In this document: positions 21,549 through 32,183 of the stretch, one piece after another
Layout: each line of letters begins with the position of its first letter
Numbering within the stretch: the first letter of the stretch is position 1
DNA from: an uncultured Pseudomonadota bacterium
GTDB lineage: Bacteria > Myxococcota_A > Polyangia > Fen-1088
Direction: 5' to 3'
Assembly: GCA_963774325.1 (NCBI GenBank)
Contig: CAVZEF010000002.1
Coordinates: 108 to 64,107, forward strand
Length of the DNA: 64,000 nt
Notes under the pieces: model-generated
What the model was told of the DNA's origin: nothing
The model's input: the letters and a program-made list of their open reading frames with translations, nothing else
Databases searched by the model: none
Program-made: the position numbers and the translations under genes

Positions 21549-22814
21549 GTGCGTGCCGCCGCGTTCGTTTTCACGCTGCTCGTCGCCGCGCCGGCGCCAC
21601 CGCCCGCGGCGCCCCCGCCACCGCCTTCGCCCATGCCGCCGCGCTACCTGCGCACGCTGGCGCACGATCCCGGCGGCTACGATCCCGCGCGCGGCGGCGG
21701 TGTCAGCGATCTGCTGCTGGGCGATCTGCTGTTCCACTCGCCGCGCACCCTGGGTCCGGCGGCGCAGCGTCTGGGGCTGTCGTGCGCCGCCTGCCACCCG
21801 AGCGGCGCCGCGCACGGCACGCTGCGGTTGCCACCGGAGATCAGCGATCGCCCGGGCAACGTCGATCTGTCGACGGCGTACTTCCGCGCCGGCGCCGACG
21901 ATCACGTGCGTGACTTCGTGAACATCCCGTCTTTGCGCGGCGCCCGCTTCACGCCGCCCTACGGACGTGACGGCCGCGCCGCTTCGCTGCGTGAGCTCAT
22001 CAGCGACGTCGTCGAGGCCGAATTCGGCGGCGAACCACTGCCTGCCCAGCAATTGCGTGCTCTGCTTCGCTACGTCGAGGATCTCGACTTCCTGCCCAAC
22101 CGGCTGCTCGACACCCACGGCCACCTGACCGCCGCCGCCAGCGCATCGGCGCGGCGCGGAGAGCGGCTGTTCGCGCAACCGCGCGCCGCCTTCGACGGCG
22201 GCAGCTGCGCCACGTGCCACCCACCATCGTCATTCTTCAGCGACGGGCGAACCCACCGCCTGGGCTCGGGCCAGCCACCGTCGCCACACGCGATCGACGA
22301 CGGCTTCGACACACCGACGTTGCTGGGCACCGCAGAGACCGCTCCCTACTTCCACGATGGCCGATGCGCCACGCTCGCGGAGGTCGTCGCCTGGTTCGAC
22401 CGATCCTTCGCGCTCGGCCTGGGCCCGGCCGGCGAGGCTGATCTCACCGCATACCTGGCCGCCGTCGGCGCGAGCGACCGCACCGCCGACGACCGCCCGC
22501 CGGCGCAGGTGATGATCGACAGCTTCGTCTACCTGGAGCTGCTGCTCGACGGCGAAGCCCGTGACGACCGTCGCATCTGGATCGCGGCGCTCGAAGCCAG
22601 CGGCGACGAGCTGGCACGCCACCCCGAGGCGCCGTCCGTCGCGCCAGCAATTGCCGGCGCTCGCGCCCAGGTGGCGGCGTTGATCACGCGCATGCATGCG
22701 GGCGCGCCGCTCGCGCCGTTGCGTCCCGAGGTCGCCACGCTCCGCCGCGATCTCTTCCGCCTCGCCGCTGATTGGGCCGGCGCGCTGGCCGCGGACGCGC
22801 GCCGCGATCGCTGA
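21549..22814 (+). CDS. di-haem cytochrome c peroxidase / MauG-family protein with a C-terminal extension
   Basis: Intact 421-aa ORF. It has two CxxCH motifs (CAACH, CATCH), IPSLRG, DTPTLLG and APYFHDGRCATLAEVVAWF, all typical of the CCP/MauG family. About 120 extra C-terminal residues are of unknown function. Confidence 0.75.
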   Translation: MRAAAFVFTLLVAAPAPPPAAPPPPPSPMPPRYLRTLAHDPGGYDPARGGGVSDLLLGDLLFHSPRTLGPAAQRLGLSCAACHPSGAAHGTLRLPPEISDRPGNVDLSTAYFRAGADDHVRDFVNIPSLRGARFTPPYGRDGRAASLRELISDVVEAEFGGEPLPAQQLRALLRYVEDLDFLPNRLLDTHGHLTAAASASARRGERLFAQPRAAFDGGSCATCHPPSSFFSDGRTHRLGSGQPPSPHAIDDGFDTPTLLGTAETAPYFHDGRCATLAEVVAWFDRSFALGLGPAGEADLTAYLAAVGASDRTADDRPPAQVMIDSFVYLELLLDGEARDDRRIWIAALEASGDELARHPEAPSVAPAIAGARAQVAALITRMHAGAPLAPLRPEVATLRRDLFRLAADWAGALAADARRDR

Positions 22815-22876
22815 CCCGTATGCGCGCCGCCACCGCGGGTTTGACCCGAAAAAACCTATGCTAGTGTTTCTGGGCC

Positions 22877-23662
22877 ATGGATGGTGGGTATGGGGAGAGG
22901 CCGCGCGGGTCAGCAGCGCGGTCCGCGGGGAGGTCGGCGATTCTGGTCGGCATCGGCGTCAGCACGATCGCGGGAATCGCGCTCGGCGGGTGCGGCGACG
23001 ACGGCGTGCCCCGACCGACGCTCGAGATCGGCATGGGAGTCGACTGGAACTGGAAGGCGACGTCCGCCGATGAGGTCGGCTTCGTCTACACCATGGTCGT
23101 CGAACAGAAGAAGAACAGCGACGGGAGCTGCGACGATCTGCCGGCGTCGCTGCAGCTCTTTGCCTTCGACCAGCTCGTGCCCCTCGAGCGGGACGCGAAC
23201 AATTGCGTTTGCGCCAACCTCGTCGCAACGCCGACCATGACGCCATCGTCGGTCACCGTCACCGCCGAGCGAGACGGCGAGGTGCTCGCCAAGGGCACGT
23301 TCGACAATCTGATCCCCGGGCTGGGCGCCACGCTGGTGGCCCCCGCCGACGGGTTGGTTCATGCCGGCGACGAGATCGTGGTCGCTGCCACGCCATTGCT
23401 GCCGAGCAGCACGCCAGGGATCGGATGGGTTTTTCCCCTCGAGGGAACGCCCTGGCCCGGCTCCGAGTACGTCGCGGGAATTCCCACGCGATTTCCCGAC
23501 GGCGTCCACGCCAAGATGCCGGCGTTCAGCGGACGGGCCGCCGTCGTGCTGGATGGGAGGCCGTCCGCGCCACAGGTAACCGTCGATTGCCAGGGGTTCG
23601 CGGTCTGCGTGGGGGACGCCAGCAACGTGCTGGGTCCGGTGTTCGTGACGGAGGCGATGTGA
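22877..23662 (+). CDS. hypothetical lipoprotein (paralog A)
   Basis: Intact 261-aa ORF with lipobox IALGGC. It shares GTFDNLIPGLGATLVAPADGLVHAGDEIVVA with the next gene. Confidence 0.45.
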   Translation: MDGGYGERPRGSAARSAGRSAILVGIGVSTIAGIALGGCGDDGVPRPTLEIGMGVDWNWKATSADEVGFVYTMVVEQKKNSDGSCDDLPASLQLFAFDQLVPLERDANNCVCANLVATPTMTPSSVTVTAERDGEVLAKGTFDNLIPGLGATLVAPADGLVHAGDEIVVAATPLLPSSTPGIGWVFPLEGTPWPGSEYVAGIPTRFPDGVHAKMPAFSGRAAVVLDGRPSAPQVTVDCQGFAVCVGDASNVLGPVFVTEAM

Positions 23663-24429
23663 CGCGCGCGCGGATCCCTCGGCCGGCGGCGCGCGGCTCG
23701 CTCATTCGCCTCGCCGCGTGCCTGGCGGCGATGGCGGGCGCCGCCCGCTGCGGGTCCGATGCGCCCCCTCCGATCGCGCTGCTCACTCACGCGGAGTGGA
23801 ACGACAATCCGTCGACGCTCGATGCGATCGGATACCGGGTCTCGGTCGACTTCGGATGGCCGAGCCGCGCCAAGGACTGCTTCTCACTGCCGTCGGATCT
23901 GACCGTCACCATGAACGAGCGCCAGGCGACGCCCACCGAGATGGGCGAGTGCGTGTGGGACATCGTGGCGAACTTCGACGCCGTGCCACCGGACGCGCCG
24001 GTGCATGTGCGCGTGGCCGGCGGCGGCCGCGTGTACGGCGAAGCGACGTTCGACAATCTGTTCCCCGGTTTCGGCGCGCATCTGGTTCCTCCCGGCGACG
24101 GCACCGTTCAGGCGGATAGCCAGTTCACGGTCGCCTTGCCCGCGACCGCGGTCCCGGTGACCCAGAATCTCAGCGCCGGTCATTTCTTCTGGCTCGACAC
24201 CCCGCCATCGCAGGTGCCGTTCTTCACGTTCGCGCGCGGTATGGACGGATCGGATCCGCAGACGGTCGTGATCACGGCGCCGGCGACCGCCGGTCGAGCG
24301 GCCCTGGTCGTGAGCAGCGTGTTCCAGGGCGGTTATGCGAGCGCGACGTCGTGCACCGGATTCGAGAGCTGCACGTCCTGGCCCAGCTCCGACGCGGCGG
24401 GACCGATCGTCGTCGACGTCGTCCCGTGA
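23659..24429 (+). CDS. hypothetical lipoprotein (paralog B)
   Basis: GTG 23659 is in the frame of ORF 23203..24429 and overlaps the paralog A stop. The lipobox is MAGAARC. ATFDNLFPGFGAHLVPPGDGTVQADSQFTVA parallels paralog A. Confidence 0.45.
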   Translation: MTRARIPRPAARGSLIRLAACLAAMAGAARCGSDAPPPIALLTHAEWNDNPSTLDAIGYRVSVDFGWPSRAKDCFSLPSDLTVTMNERQATPTEMGECVWDIVANFDAVPPDAPVHVRVAGGGRVYGEATFDNLFPGFGAHLVPPGDGTVQADSQFTVALPATAVPVTQNLSAGHFFWLDTPPSQVPFFTFARGMDGSDPQTVVITAPATAGRAALVVSSVFQGGYASATSCTGFESCTSWPSSDAAGPIVVDVVP

Positions 24430-24457
24430 GACGCCCGCTGTGCGACGCCCCGCCCGA

Positions 24458-25807
24458 TCAACGCGCGGCGAGGCGCGCGCTGACCAGGAACCCCGCGACC
24501 GGCACCTTCAGCTCTTGTCGCAGGATCACGCGGTCGATGAGCGGCTCGGCGAAGCCTGCCGCTGCGAGCCCGCCGCGTAGGTACGCCTCGGCGTGGCTGT
24601 AGCGGCCGTGCGGATTCAAACGGAAACCGCCAAGCGTGTCGTCGGTTGCCTGCTCGACGGTGAACACCAGGTGGCCGCCGGGGCGCAGCGCGCCGGCCGC
24701 CGCCAGCAGCACCTCTTCGAGCGGCCCGAAGTAGACCAGCGTGTCTGCCGAAACGCAGAGATCGAACCCGCGCGGGCGCGCGCGCATGAACGCGGTCAGC
24801 TCGCCCTCGCAGAGCTCGTCGTAGGTCGGGCGGTCGTCGATGCGGCGCTCGCGCGCCTTGCGCAGCATCTCGGGCGAGAGATCGACGCCGACCAGCGTGC
24901 GGGCGAACGGCCGCAGGTCGGCGCCGCACCAGCCGGTGCCGACGCCGGCGTCCAGCACCGCCAGCGCGCGCGCCGGCTCCCCAGCGAGCGTGCGGACCGC
25001 CTGCGCCACCAGCGCCGGCGCGCGGTAGTCGAGCCGCGTGAGGATCTGGTCGAAGCCGTCGGCGAACGTCTCGAACGTGCGGCGCACGAACTCGTCGGCG
25101 GCGCGCGACGGCGGCGCCTCGCCCGAGCACGACGCGATCATGTGGCGCGCCGAATCGCTGTGCGGCTCGACCTCGAGCCAGCGGCGATAGATCGCCAGCG
25201 CCTCGGGGACGCGGCCGTTGGCGTAGAGCAAGGCGCCCACGGCGCGGTAGGCCTCACCCTCGTAGGGGCGCAGCTCCAGCGCCTTGCTCGACACGTCCAG
25301 CGCCTCGTCGTCGCGGTCCAGGTCGCGCAAAACGTTGGCCAGGTTGTGGTACGCCTCCCCGTGGTCGGGCGCGAGCGCGATCGCCCGCCGCAGCGCCGAC
25401 TCGGCGCCGGCGAGATCGCGCCGCCGCCGCAGCACCGAGCCCAGGTTCGCGTGCGCGTTGACGTAGTCGGGCGCTCGTTCCAGCACCTGCCGAAACGCCG
25501 CCTCGGCCTCCTCGAAGCGCCCGCGCGACGACAGCATGTTGCCCAGGTTGTTGCGCACGTCGACGTTGTCGGGCGCCAGCTCCAGCGCGCGTCGCACCAG
25601 AGCCAGCCCCTCGTCGTGCTCTCCGCGGTGGTGCCGGCAGATGCCCAGGAAGTGGAGCGCGTCGACCTGATCGGGCACCGCCGCCAGCACGCGGCGGTAG
25701 ATCTCCTCGGCGGCGTCGAGGCGCCCGCGCTGCTGGATCGCCAGCGCGAGCTCGATCGCCTGCTCGACGGTCAGCTCGCGCGGCGCCTCCTCGAGGGGTT
25801 CAGTCAA
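24458..25807 (-). CDS. TPR-repeat protein fused to a class I SAM-dependent methyltransferase
   Basis: Intact 449-aa ORF with a TTG start in the ORF track. The first ~220 aa hold about six TPR units. The MTase motifs are VLDAGVGTGWCG, VGVDLSPEML and LRPGGHLVF. Its start overlaps the clpV stop (25800-25802) by 8 nt. Confidence 0.75.
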   Translation of the reverse strand: MTEPLEEAPRELTVEQAIELALAIQQRGRLDAAEEIYRRVLAAVPDQVDALHFLGICRHHRGEHDEGLALVRRALELAPDNVDVRNNLGNMLSSRGRFEEAEAAFRQVLERAPDYVNAHANLGSVLRRRRDLAGAESALRRAIALAPDHGEAYHNLANVLRDLDRDDEALDVSSKALELRPYEGEAYRAVGALLYANGRVPEALAIYRRWLEVEPHSDSARHMIASCSGEAPPSRAADEFVRRTFETFADGFDQILTRLDYRAPALVAQAVRTLAGEPARALAVLDAGVGTGWCGADLRPFARTLVGVDLSPEMLRKARERRIDDRPTYDELCEGELTAFMRARPRGFDLCVSADTLVYFGPLEEVLLAAAGALRPGGHLVFTVEQATDDTLGGFRLNPHGRYSHAEAYLRGGLAAAGFAEPLIDRVILRQELKVPVAGFLVSARLAAR

Positions 25808-28521
25808 ACGCGTACTCGAAGTCGCCCGCCGGCGCCGTGACCGCCACCTTGGTCACGGGCCGCCCCTCCATCGTGCGCGTGAGGATCTCCTTGCTCACGC
25901 GCGGCAGCATGGTGTTGGTGAGGATCGCGTCGATCATGCGGCCGCCGCTCTCCAGCTCGGTGCAGCGGCTGACGATCAGCTTGACCGACCGCGTCGTCGT
26001 AGGTGAACGGGATCTTGTGCGATCCGCGCGACCCGCTTCGCGACGCGCCCGAGCTGCAGGCGCACGATGTTGCCGATCATCGCGTCGCTGAGCGGGTAGT
26101 ACGGGATGGTCGACGATGCGGCCGAGCAGCGCCGCCGGGAACGACCTTGAGCAGCGGCTCGCGCAGCGCCTTGGCGATCCCTTCGGGCTCCGGCAGCAGC
26201 TCCGGGTCCTTGCACATGTTGGCGATGAGCTCGGTGCCGACGTTCGACGTCAGCAGGATCAGCGTGTTCTTGAAGTCGATCGAGCCGACCCTCGCCGTCC
26301 TCCATGCACGCCCTTGTCGAACACCTGGAAGAAGATCTCGTGCACGTCCGGGTGCGCCTTCTCGACCTCGTCGAGCAGCACGACGCGTACGGCCGGCGCC
26401 GCACCGCCTCGGTCAGCACGCCGCCCTCGCCGTAGCCGACGTAGCCGGGCGGCGCGCCCTTCAGCGTCGAGACGGTGTGCGCCTCCTGGAACTCGCTCAT
26501 GTTGATCGTGATCAGGTTCTGCTCGCCGCCATACAGCGCCTCGGCCAGCGCCAGCGCCGTCTCGGTCTTGCCGACGCCCGACGGGCCGGCACAGCATGAA
26601 GACGCCGATCGGCTTCGTCGGGTTCTCGAGCCCGGCGCGCGACGTCTGGATGCGCCGGGCGATCATCTCCAGCGCGTGGTCCTGGCCGATGACCCGCTGG
26701 CCCAGCGTGTCGGCCAGCTTGAGCACCGTCTCGATCTCGTCCTTGACCATGCGGCCGACCGGGATGCCGGTCCAGTCCCGACGACCGCGGCGACCGCCTG
26801 CTCGTCGACGCTCGGCAGGATCAGCGGCGTGCTCGCCCTGGCAGCGTCGCGAGCTCCGCCTGCAGCGCGCTGCAGCTTCGTCGAGCATCGCCGACCTCGG
26901 TCGCCGGCGCCGGTGCGTCGCGCAGCGTCCGGCGTCGGGCTTGCCGGCGCGCGCCCTCGACGGCGCGGCGTCGCGCGCAGCGTCGCGCGGCTCGAGGATC
27001 TTGTCGACCAGCGCCTTCTCCGCCTTCCAGCGCGCCTCCAGCTCCGCCAGCGCCGCTTGTCTCGCGTCACGCAGCGCGTCGCTGCGCCGCAGTCTCGCGT
27101 CGCCGGCGTCCCGATGCCGACCGCCTGCTCGCGCCCGATGATCGCCAGCTCGGTCTCCAGCGCCTCGATGCGGCGGCGGCAGTCCTCCACCGTCGGCCGG
27201 CACCGCGTGCTGGCTGACGGCGACGCGCGCGCACGCCGTGTCGAGCAGGCTCACCGACTTGTCGGGCAGCTGGCGCGCCGGGATGTAGCGATGCGAGAGC
27301 TTGCACCGCCGCCTCGAGCGCCTCGTCGAGGATCTGCACGCGGTGGTGCTTCTCCAGCGTCGACGCCGATGCCGCGCATCATGCAGGATCGCCTTGTCCT
27401 CGGTCGGCTCGTCGACCTGCACGACCTGGAAGCGGCGCGTGAGCGCCGGGTCCTTCTCGATGTGCTTCTTGTACTCGGCCCAGGTCGTCGCCGCGATCGT
27501 GCGCAGCGTGCCGCGCGCCAGCGCCGGCTTCAGCAGGTTCGCCGCGTCGCCGGTGCCGGCCGCGCCGCCCGCGCCGATCAGCGTGTGCGCCTCGTCGATG
27601 AACAGGATGATCGGCTTGGGCGAGGACTGCACCTCGTCGATGACCTGGCGCAGGCGGTTCTCGAACTCGCCCTTCATGCTGGCGCCGGCCTGCAGCAGGC
27701 CCGACGTCGAGCGCGCGCAGCGATCACGTCCTTGCAGCGGCGGCGGCACGTCGCCCGTGGCGATGCGCAGCGCGAAGCCCTCGACGACCGCGGTCTTGCC
27801 GACGCCGGCCTCGCCGGTGAGGATCGGGTTGTTCTGGCGGCGGCGCATCAGGATGTCGACGATCTGGCGGATCTCCTCGTCGCGGCCCGACGATCGGATC
27901 GATCTCGCCGTCGCGCGCGCGCTCGGTCAGGTCGACCGAGAACTTCGCCAGCGCCTCCTGCTTGCCCATCGCCGCCGGCGCGATCGCGCCGCTCGCCTCG
28001 CCGGGCGCGGCCGCCGTGCCCGTCGCGCGCAGCGACGTCTCCGGCGAGCCCGCCGACGATGGCGTCGAACTCCTCGCGTCAGCGCGTCGGCCTTGACCTT
28101 CTCGAACTCGCGCGAGATCGCGGAGAGCGCGTTGCGCAGCGTCGGCGTCTTGAGCGCGCCGACGATCAGGTGCCCGGTGCGCACCTGCGCGTCGCCGAAC
28201 ATCAAGCGTGGCGTAGACCCAGCCGCGCTCGACCGCCTCCTCGACGTGCGCCGACAGGTCGGAGATCGACGTCGCGCCGCGCGGCAGGCGATCGAGCGCC
28301 TCGGTGCACGTCCCCGGCCAGCCGCGACGGGTCGAGCTCGAAGTGCGCGCACGATGCGGTGCAGGTCGGAGTCCTGCGTGCTGCAGGATCTGATGGAACC
28401 AGTGCACCAGCTCGACGTAGGGATTGCCGCGCATCTTGCAGAAGACGGTCGCGCTCTCGATCGCCTTGTACCCGACGCTATTCAGCTTCCCGAACAGCTT
28501 GACGCGGCTGATCTCCGACAT
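25800..28521 (-). pseudogene. tssH: T6SS AAA+ ATPase ClpV (TssH), heavily frame-shifted
   Basis: The N-domain is MSEISRVKLFGKLNSVGYKAIESATVFCKMRGNPYVELVHWFHQIL. D1 has the Walker A GEAGVGKTAVVEG and IILFIDEAHTLIGAG. D2 has [25 protein letters not shown]. The C-terminus ends GDFEYAFD*. The sequence is spread over all three frames with well over ten changes, six of them in the first ~800 nt. Confidence 0.88.
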
Positions 28522-28579
28522 TTGTCTCTCTCCCGTCCCAGCTAACGTTGATGACTGCGATGACTGCGTTGATGACCGC

Positions 28580-29602
28580 TCATGCAGCCGTCTGATGACC
28601 TTCCGACATCGGATCCAATATCAGATCCTCGCGTTTCCCGCGCTTGGGCTGCCTGCCCAGCCACGACGTCCAACCCAGCAGCGAGCGGCCGAGACGGCAC
28701 GGCTCCTCGGTCTGCTCGTCGAGGATGAGACGCACGTCCCACGCGTGCTCGTCGCCGGCGTAGTTGCGCACCAGCGACGTCAGCTTCTTGAGGCTGTCGT
28801 GGCCGGGCAACATGCGCGTGAACTGAGCGCGATTGAGCGGCCCCAGCACGACGCGGAACTTCTGCTGGCGGCTCCACACGCGCTGGCCGGCGATCGTCGA
28901 GCCGCCGAGCGCGCCGCCGCGCGTGCCACCGGCACCCAGCCGCCACTGGTGCCCGGGGGGATCAAGAGCCAGCTGCCCATGAACGGCTCGACGTGCGCCG
29001 GCATCTTGAAGAAGTCGCCGACCATCGCCGCCAGACCGTCGGCGTTGCGCGTCTGGCCGCTGAGGCGGCCGGCGTAGAACAGCTTCGCCGAGTCGGGGAA
29101 ATCGTCACGGTTGCGCGTCGACGCCGAGGCCCAGCCCCTCGAGCGCTCCGATGTAGAGCAGGAACCGATTGGTCGCCGGGTGGTCCTGGCCCACCGTCGG
29201 CTGCGCCGTCGACCAGGCGCGATAGAACAGCAGCATCAGACGGTGGTGGAACAGGTCGAAGAACCGACTCATCGTCGGATCCTCGGCGTGACGCTGGCGC
29301 TCGTTCGCGTACTCGGTGATGTGCAGCGGCATCGGGCCGTTGGGCCCGAGCAAGCCGAAGAAGTTGAGCGACAGCCGCGGCGGTGTGCCGTTCTTGCCGG
29401 CGGTCAGCCCGCCCAGGTTGCGCGGCGCGAAGACCAGCGACGGATCCTGGCCCAGGCGGATCGGCTCGTCGGCTGGACGCGCGCCCGCGCCGAACCGCGG
29501 GCGTTCGGGCCGATCGCAGTACAGGCTCTCCAGCCGCCGCATCACTTGATAGAAGTCGAACGCGTGAGGCGCCCGCGCGACCTGGTCGAAGATCGCGTTC
29601 AT
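28580..29602 (-). pseudogene. tssG: T6SS baseplate protein TssG, about three frame changes
   Basis: The N-terminal part is MNAIFDQVARAPHAFDFYQVMRRLE...RLGQDPSLVFAP...LNFFGLLGPNGPMPLHITEY (tail of ORF 29105..32032). It continues through MVGDFFKMPAHVEPFMGSW (ORF 28780..29025) and RVWSRQQKFRVVLGPL...AWDVRLIL (ORF 28580..28879). An alternative in-frame start at 29824 would add an Ala/Pro-rich extension. Confidence 0.85.
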
Positions 29603-29787
29603 CGCCGCCGACTTCTCGCGCGGCAGCGAAGCGCGCGCCGCCGCCGACAGCCCGGGCGCGGACGGAGCACTGGCGTTCGCGGGCGCACCCGCCGTGGGCG
29701 GAATGATCGGCCCCGACGCCGCGCTCGGCTGCGCGCCGCCGTTGCGCGCCGCCGCGGGGGCGGCGGCGGGCGGAGCGACGGCAGCCG

Positions 29788-31666
29788 CTAGATTGCCTGC
29801 CGGAGCCCCGTCCTCGCCTGCCATCGCATGATCTCCCCGCGCTGCACGGTGCGCAGCACGGTCTCGGTGAACGAATTGATCGAGACGTACTTCGCGAAGA
29901 AGCGCTCCAGCACCGCCCCCAGCAAGAAGACGCCGCTGCCCTCGAACGCCGACTCGTCGCAGGTGAGCGAGATCTCCAGGCCGCGGCCGAACGTCGTCGG
30001 CCCCGGCACCGGCAGCGCGCGCGTGATTCCCGACGAACCCGTCTCGCGCACGCCCTCGATCTGCTTGCGCGTGTTCGAATCGTTGAGGTCGCAGTAGAGC
30101 GACAGCAGCTCGCGCAGCGCTCCCGCCTTCTCGCCCGCGCCCGCGTTGGCGTCGACCAGCGACAGGTAGTTGAGCGACAGGTGGCTGATGAGCCGCCAGC
30201 TGGCGTCGGCGTCGGCGTACGACGCGCGCGGCGTCGTCGGTCCGGCCAGGCAACGCGCCGACTCGACCGGCGCGCCCGACTCCAGCGTGAAGTCGGTGTG
30301 CGCCTGGCCCACCGGCAGGTGCAGCGGCAGGTCGCGGTTGGTGCACAGGGTCTCGATCGCGAGCTGGCGCAGGCTCGAACGGTACGGCCCCTCGTTGGGA
30401 TCGACCAGCGCCATGAAGACCTCGCTGCCGACGTAGCTCGACCGCGTTCCACTCTGGCGCTGCCGCGCCGACAGCATGCGCGGCTGTCGCTGCAGCGTGT
30501 AGTACGCCGGCGCTTCCTCGACGGTGGTCTGGTCGTTCCAGGCGAAGAACGGGTGAAACGTCTGCTTCAGCTCCGAGCTCGAGCCGTAGCCGACGACCTC
30601 TTTCACCGTGTGGACCTCGAAGTCCATCGGCCGCGTGCGGTCGGGCACGATGTGATACTCGGTCTCCGCCTCGTTCAGGTGGATGCGGTCGGCGCGGCGC
30701 GGGAACAGGTTGATCGCGGGCGCGCAGAACATCGCGAAGTTCTCCGGGCTGACCGCGCCGTCGAGCCCGCGGTCGTGCGCGTCGGTGAGGAGCACGATCT
30801 CGATCTCGTTGGCGTTGCACCGGCGAACCGCGTCGGCCAGACCCTTGAGGCGCACGAAAAGGAAGCGCGACGGGAACGCGAAGTATTCCTGAAGCAGGCG
30901 GTAGCCCTGGAACGAGCGCGGGCCATAGGGCAGCAGCGCCTCTTCGTCGGCGAAGCCGACGCTCTCGATCGGGTTCTCGGTGACCACGTGCTGCCACGGC
31001 GCGGGCCGCGTCGTCGGGCGCGCCACGATCGCCACCGCGTGCGCCATGATCTGCTCGTAGATCTTCATCGGCAGCTCGTCGGCGCCGCGGATGAAGAGCG
31101 GCAGATCGTCGAGCGCCAGGTCCGAGAAATTGAGCCCCGCCGTGGTGCGCAGCTTGAACCGGATCGCGCCGCGCGCCCGCGCGGACAGCTTCACCTCGCC
31201 GATGTCGCCGACGTAGCCGGTGTACTCGGCGTGGGTCAGCTCCAGCGGCCACAGCGTCACGTCCTGCGACGTCCGGTACTCGCACGGCGTCTGCTCGCCG
31301 CGCCCGAGCAGGCTGCGCAGCGCCGTGCCGCGCGGCACCCGGTAGCCCTTGCGCCAGCGTGCCCTCGGCCAGGTTCGGCCGCATCTGCACCACCGCCATC
31401 GACGGCGTCGGCGCCAGGTAGTGCGGGTAGACGATCTCGAGCAGGTGCTGCGTGAAGCGCGGGAACTCCGAGTCGATGCGCAGGTGCACGCGCGCCGACA
31501 GAAAGGCGAACCCCTCGAGCAGGCGCTCGACGTAAGGGTCAGAGCACTCGAAGGTGTCGAGGCCGAGCCGACCCGCGATCTTGGGGAAGTCGCGCGCGAA
31601 CTCCGCGCCCAGCTCGCGCACGTACTGGAGCTCGCGACCGTAGTAGCGAAGAAGCCGAGGATCCAT
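29788..31666 (-). pseudogene. tssF: T6SS baseplate protein TssF, one frame change near 31340
   Basis: MDPRLLRYYGRELQYVRELGAEFARDFPKIAGRLG... is in the frame of ORF 29105..32032. The gene then continues in ORF 29788..31338. The span is 1879 nt (3n+1). The ATG overlaps the tssE stop by 1 nt (TAATG). Confidence 0.88.
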
Positions 31667-32178
31667 TAACCGCGCTGACCGTCGACTTCCGACACCTTCA
31701 CGCCGCCGTTCTCGAGATCGATCTCCGTTCGCAGGAACAGGCGCAGCGGCAACGGCTGCGCCCAAAGCTCGGCCTCGATGTCGAACCACATGGCGTTGGG
31801 ATCCATCTTCTTCTCGTCGACCACCAGCTTGACCTTGACCGAGCTCTTGATGAGCCGCGGCTCGAAGTCCCAGATCACATTGGACAGCAGCCGTTCCATG
31901 GCGCGCACGTCGACGCTGGAAGCGGTGTGGCCGGCCAGATCCGGCATGCCGTAGTTCAGCACCGAGCGGGCGACCTGCGGGTGGTCGTCGAGGTCCTCGA
32001 CGGCCGCCAGGTTGGTGGTGTTGAGCAGCCACGTCAGGTCACGCCGCACGCATTCGCGCAGCCGCGACGGCGAGATCACGTGCTTGTCGCGCGACTCGCG
32101 CCGCTCGGCCGGACTGTCGTCGGTCAGCCGATCCAGCAACGAAGGCTGTAACCGCTCCTTCTGGGTCAGCTCGGCCAT
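31666..32178 (-). CDS. tssE: T6SS baseplate protein TssE (gp25-like)
   Basis: ATG 32178 lies inside ORF 31666..32589. MAELTQKERLQPSLLDRLTDD...VRRDLTWLLNT...SVLNYGMPDL is typical of TssE. It is intact at 170 aa. Confidence 0.85.
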   Translation of the reverse strand: MAELTQKERLQPSLLDRLTDDSPAERRESRDKHVISPSRLRECVRRDLTWLLNTTNLAAVEDLDDHPQVARSVLNYGMPDLAGHTASSVDVRAMERLLSNVIWDFEPRLIKSSVKVKLVVDEKKMDPNAMWFDIEAELWAQPLPLRLFLRTEIDLENGGVKVSEVDGQRG

Positions 32179-32183
32179 GAAAC

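Noticed and set aside
29105-32032. A 975-aa - strand ORF spanning tssG, tssF and tssE.
   Set aside because: It is a chimera. Its C-terminal part is the true TssG N-terminus and its segment 31345-31666 is the true TssF N-terminus. The remainder reads tssF and tssE out of frame.
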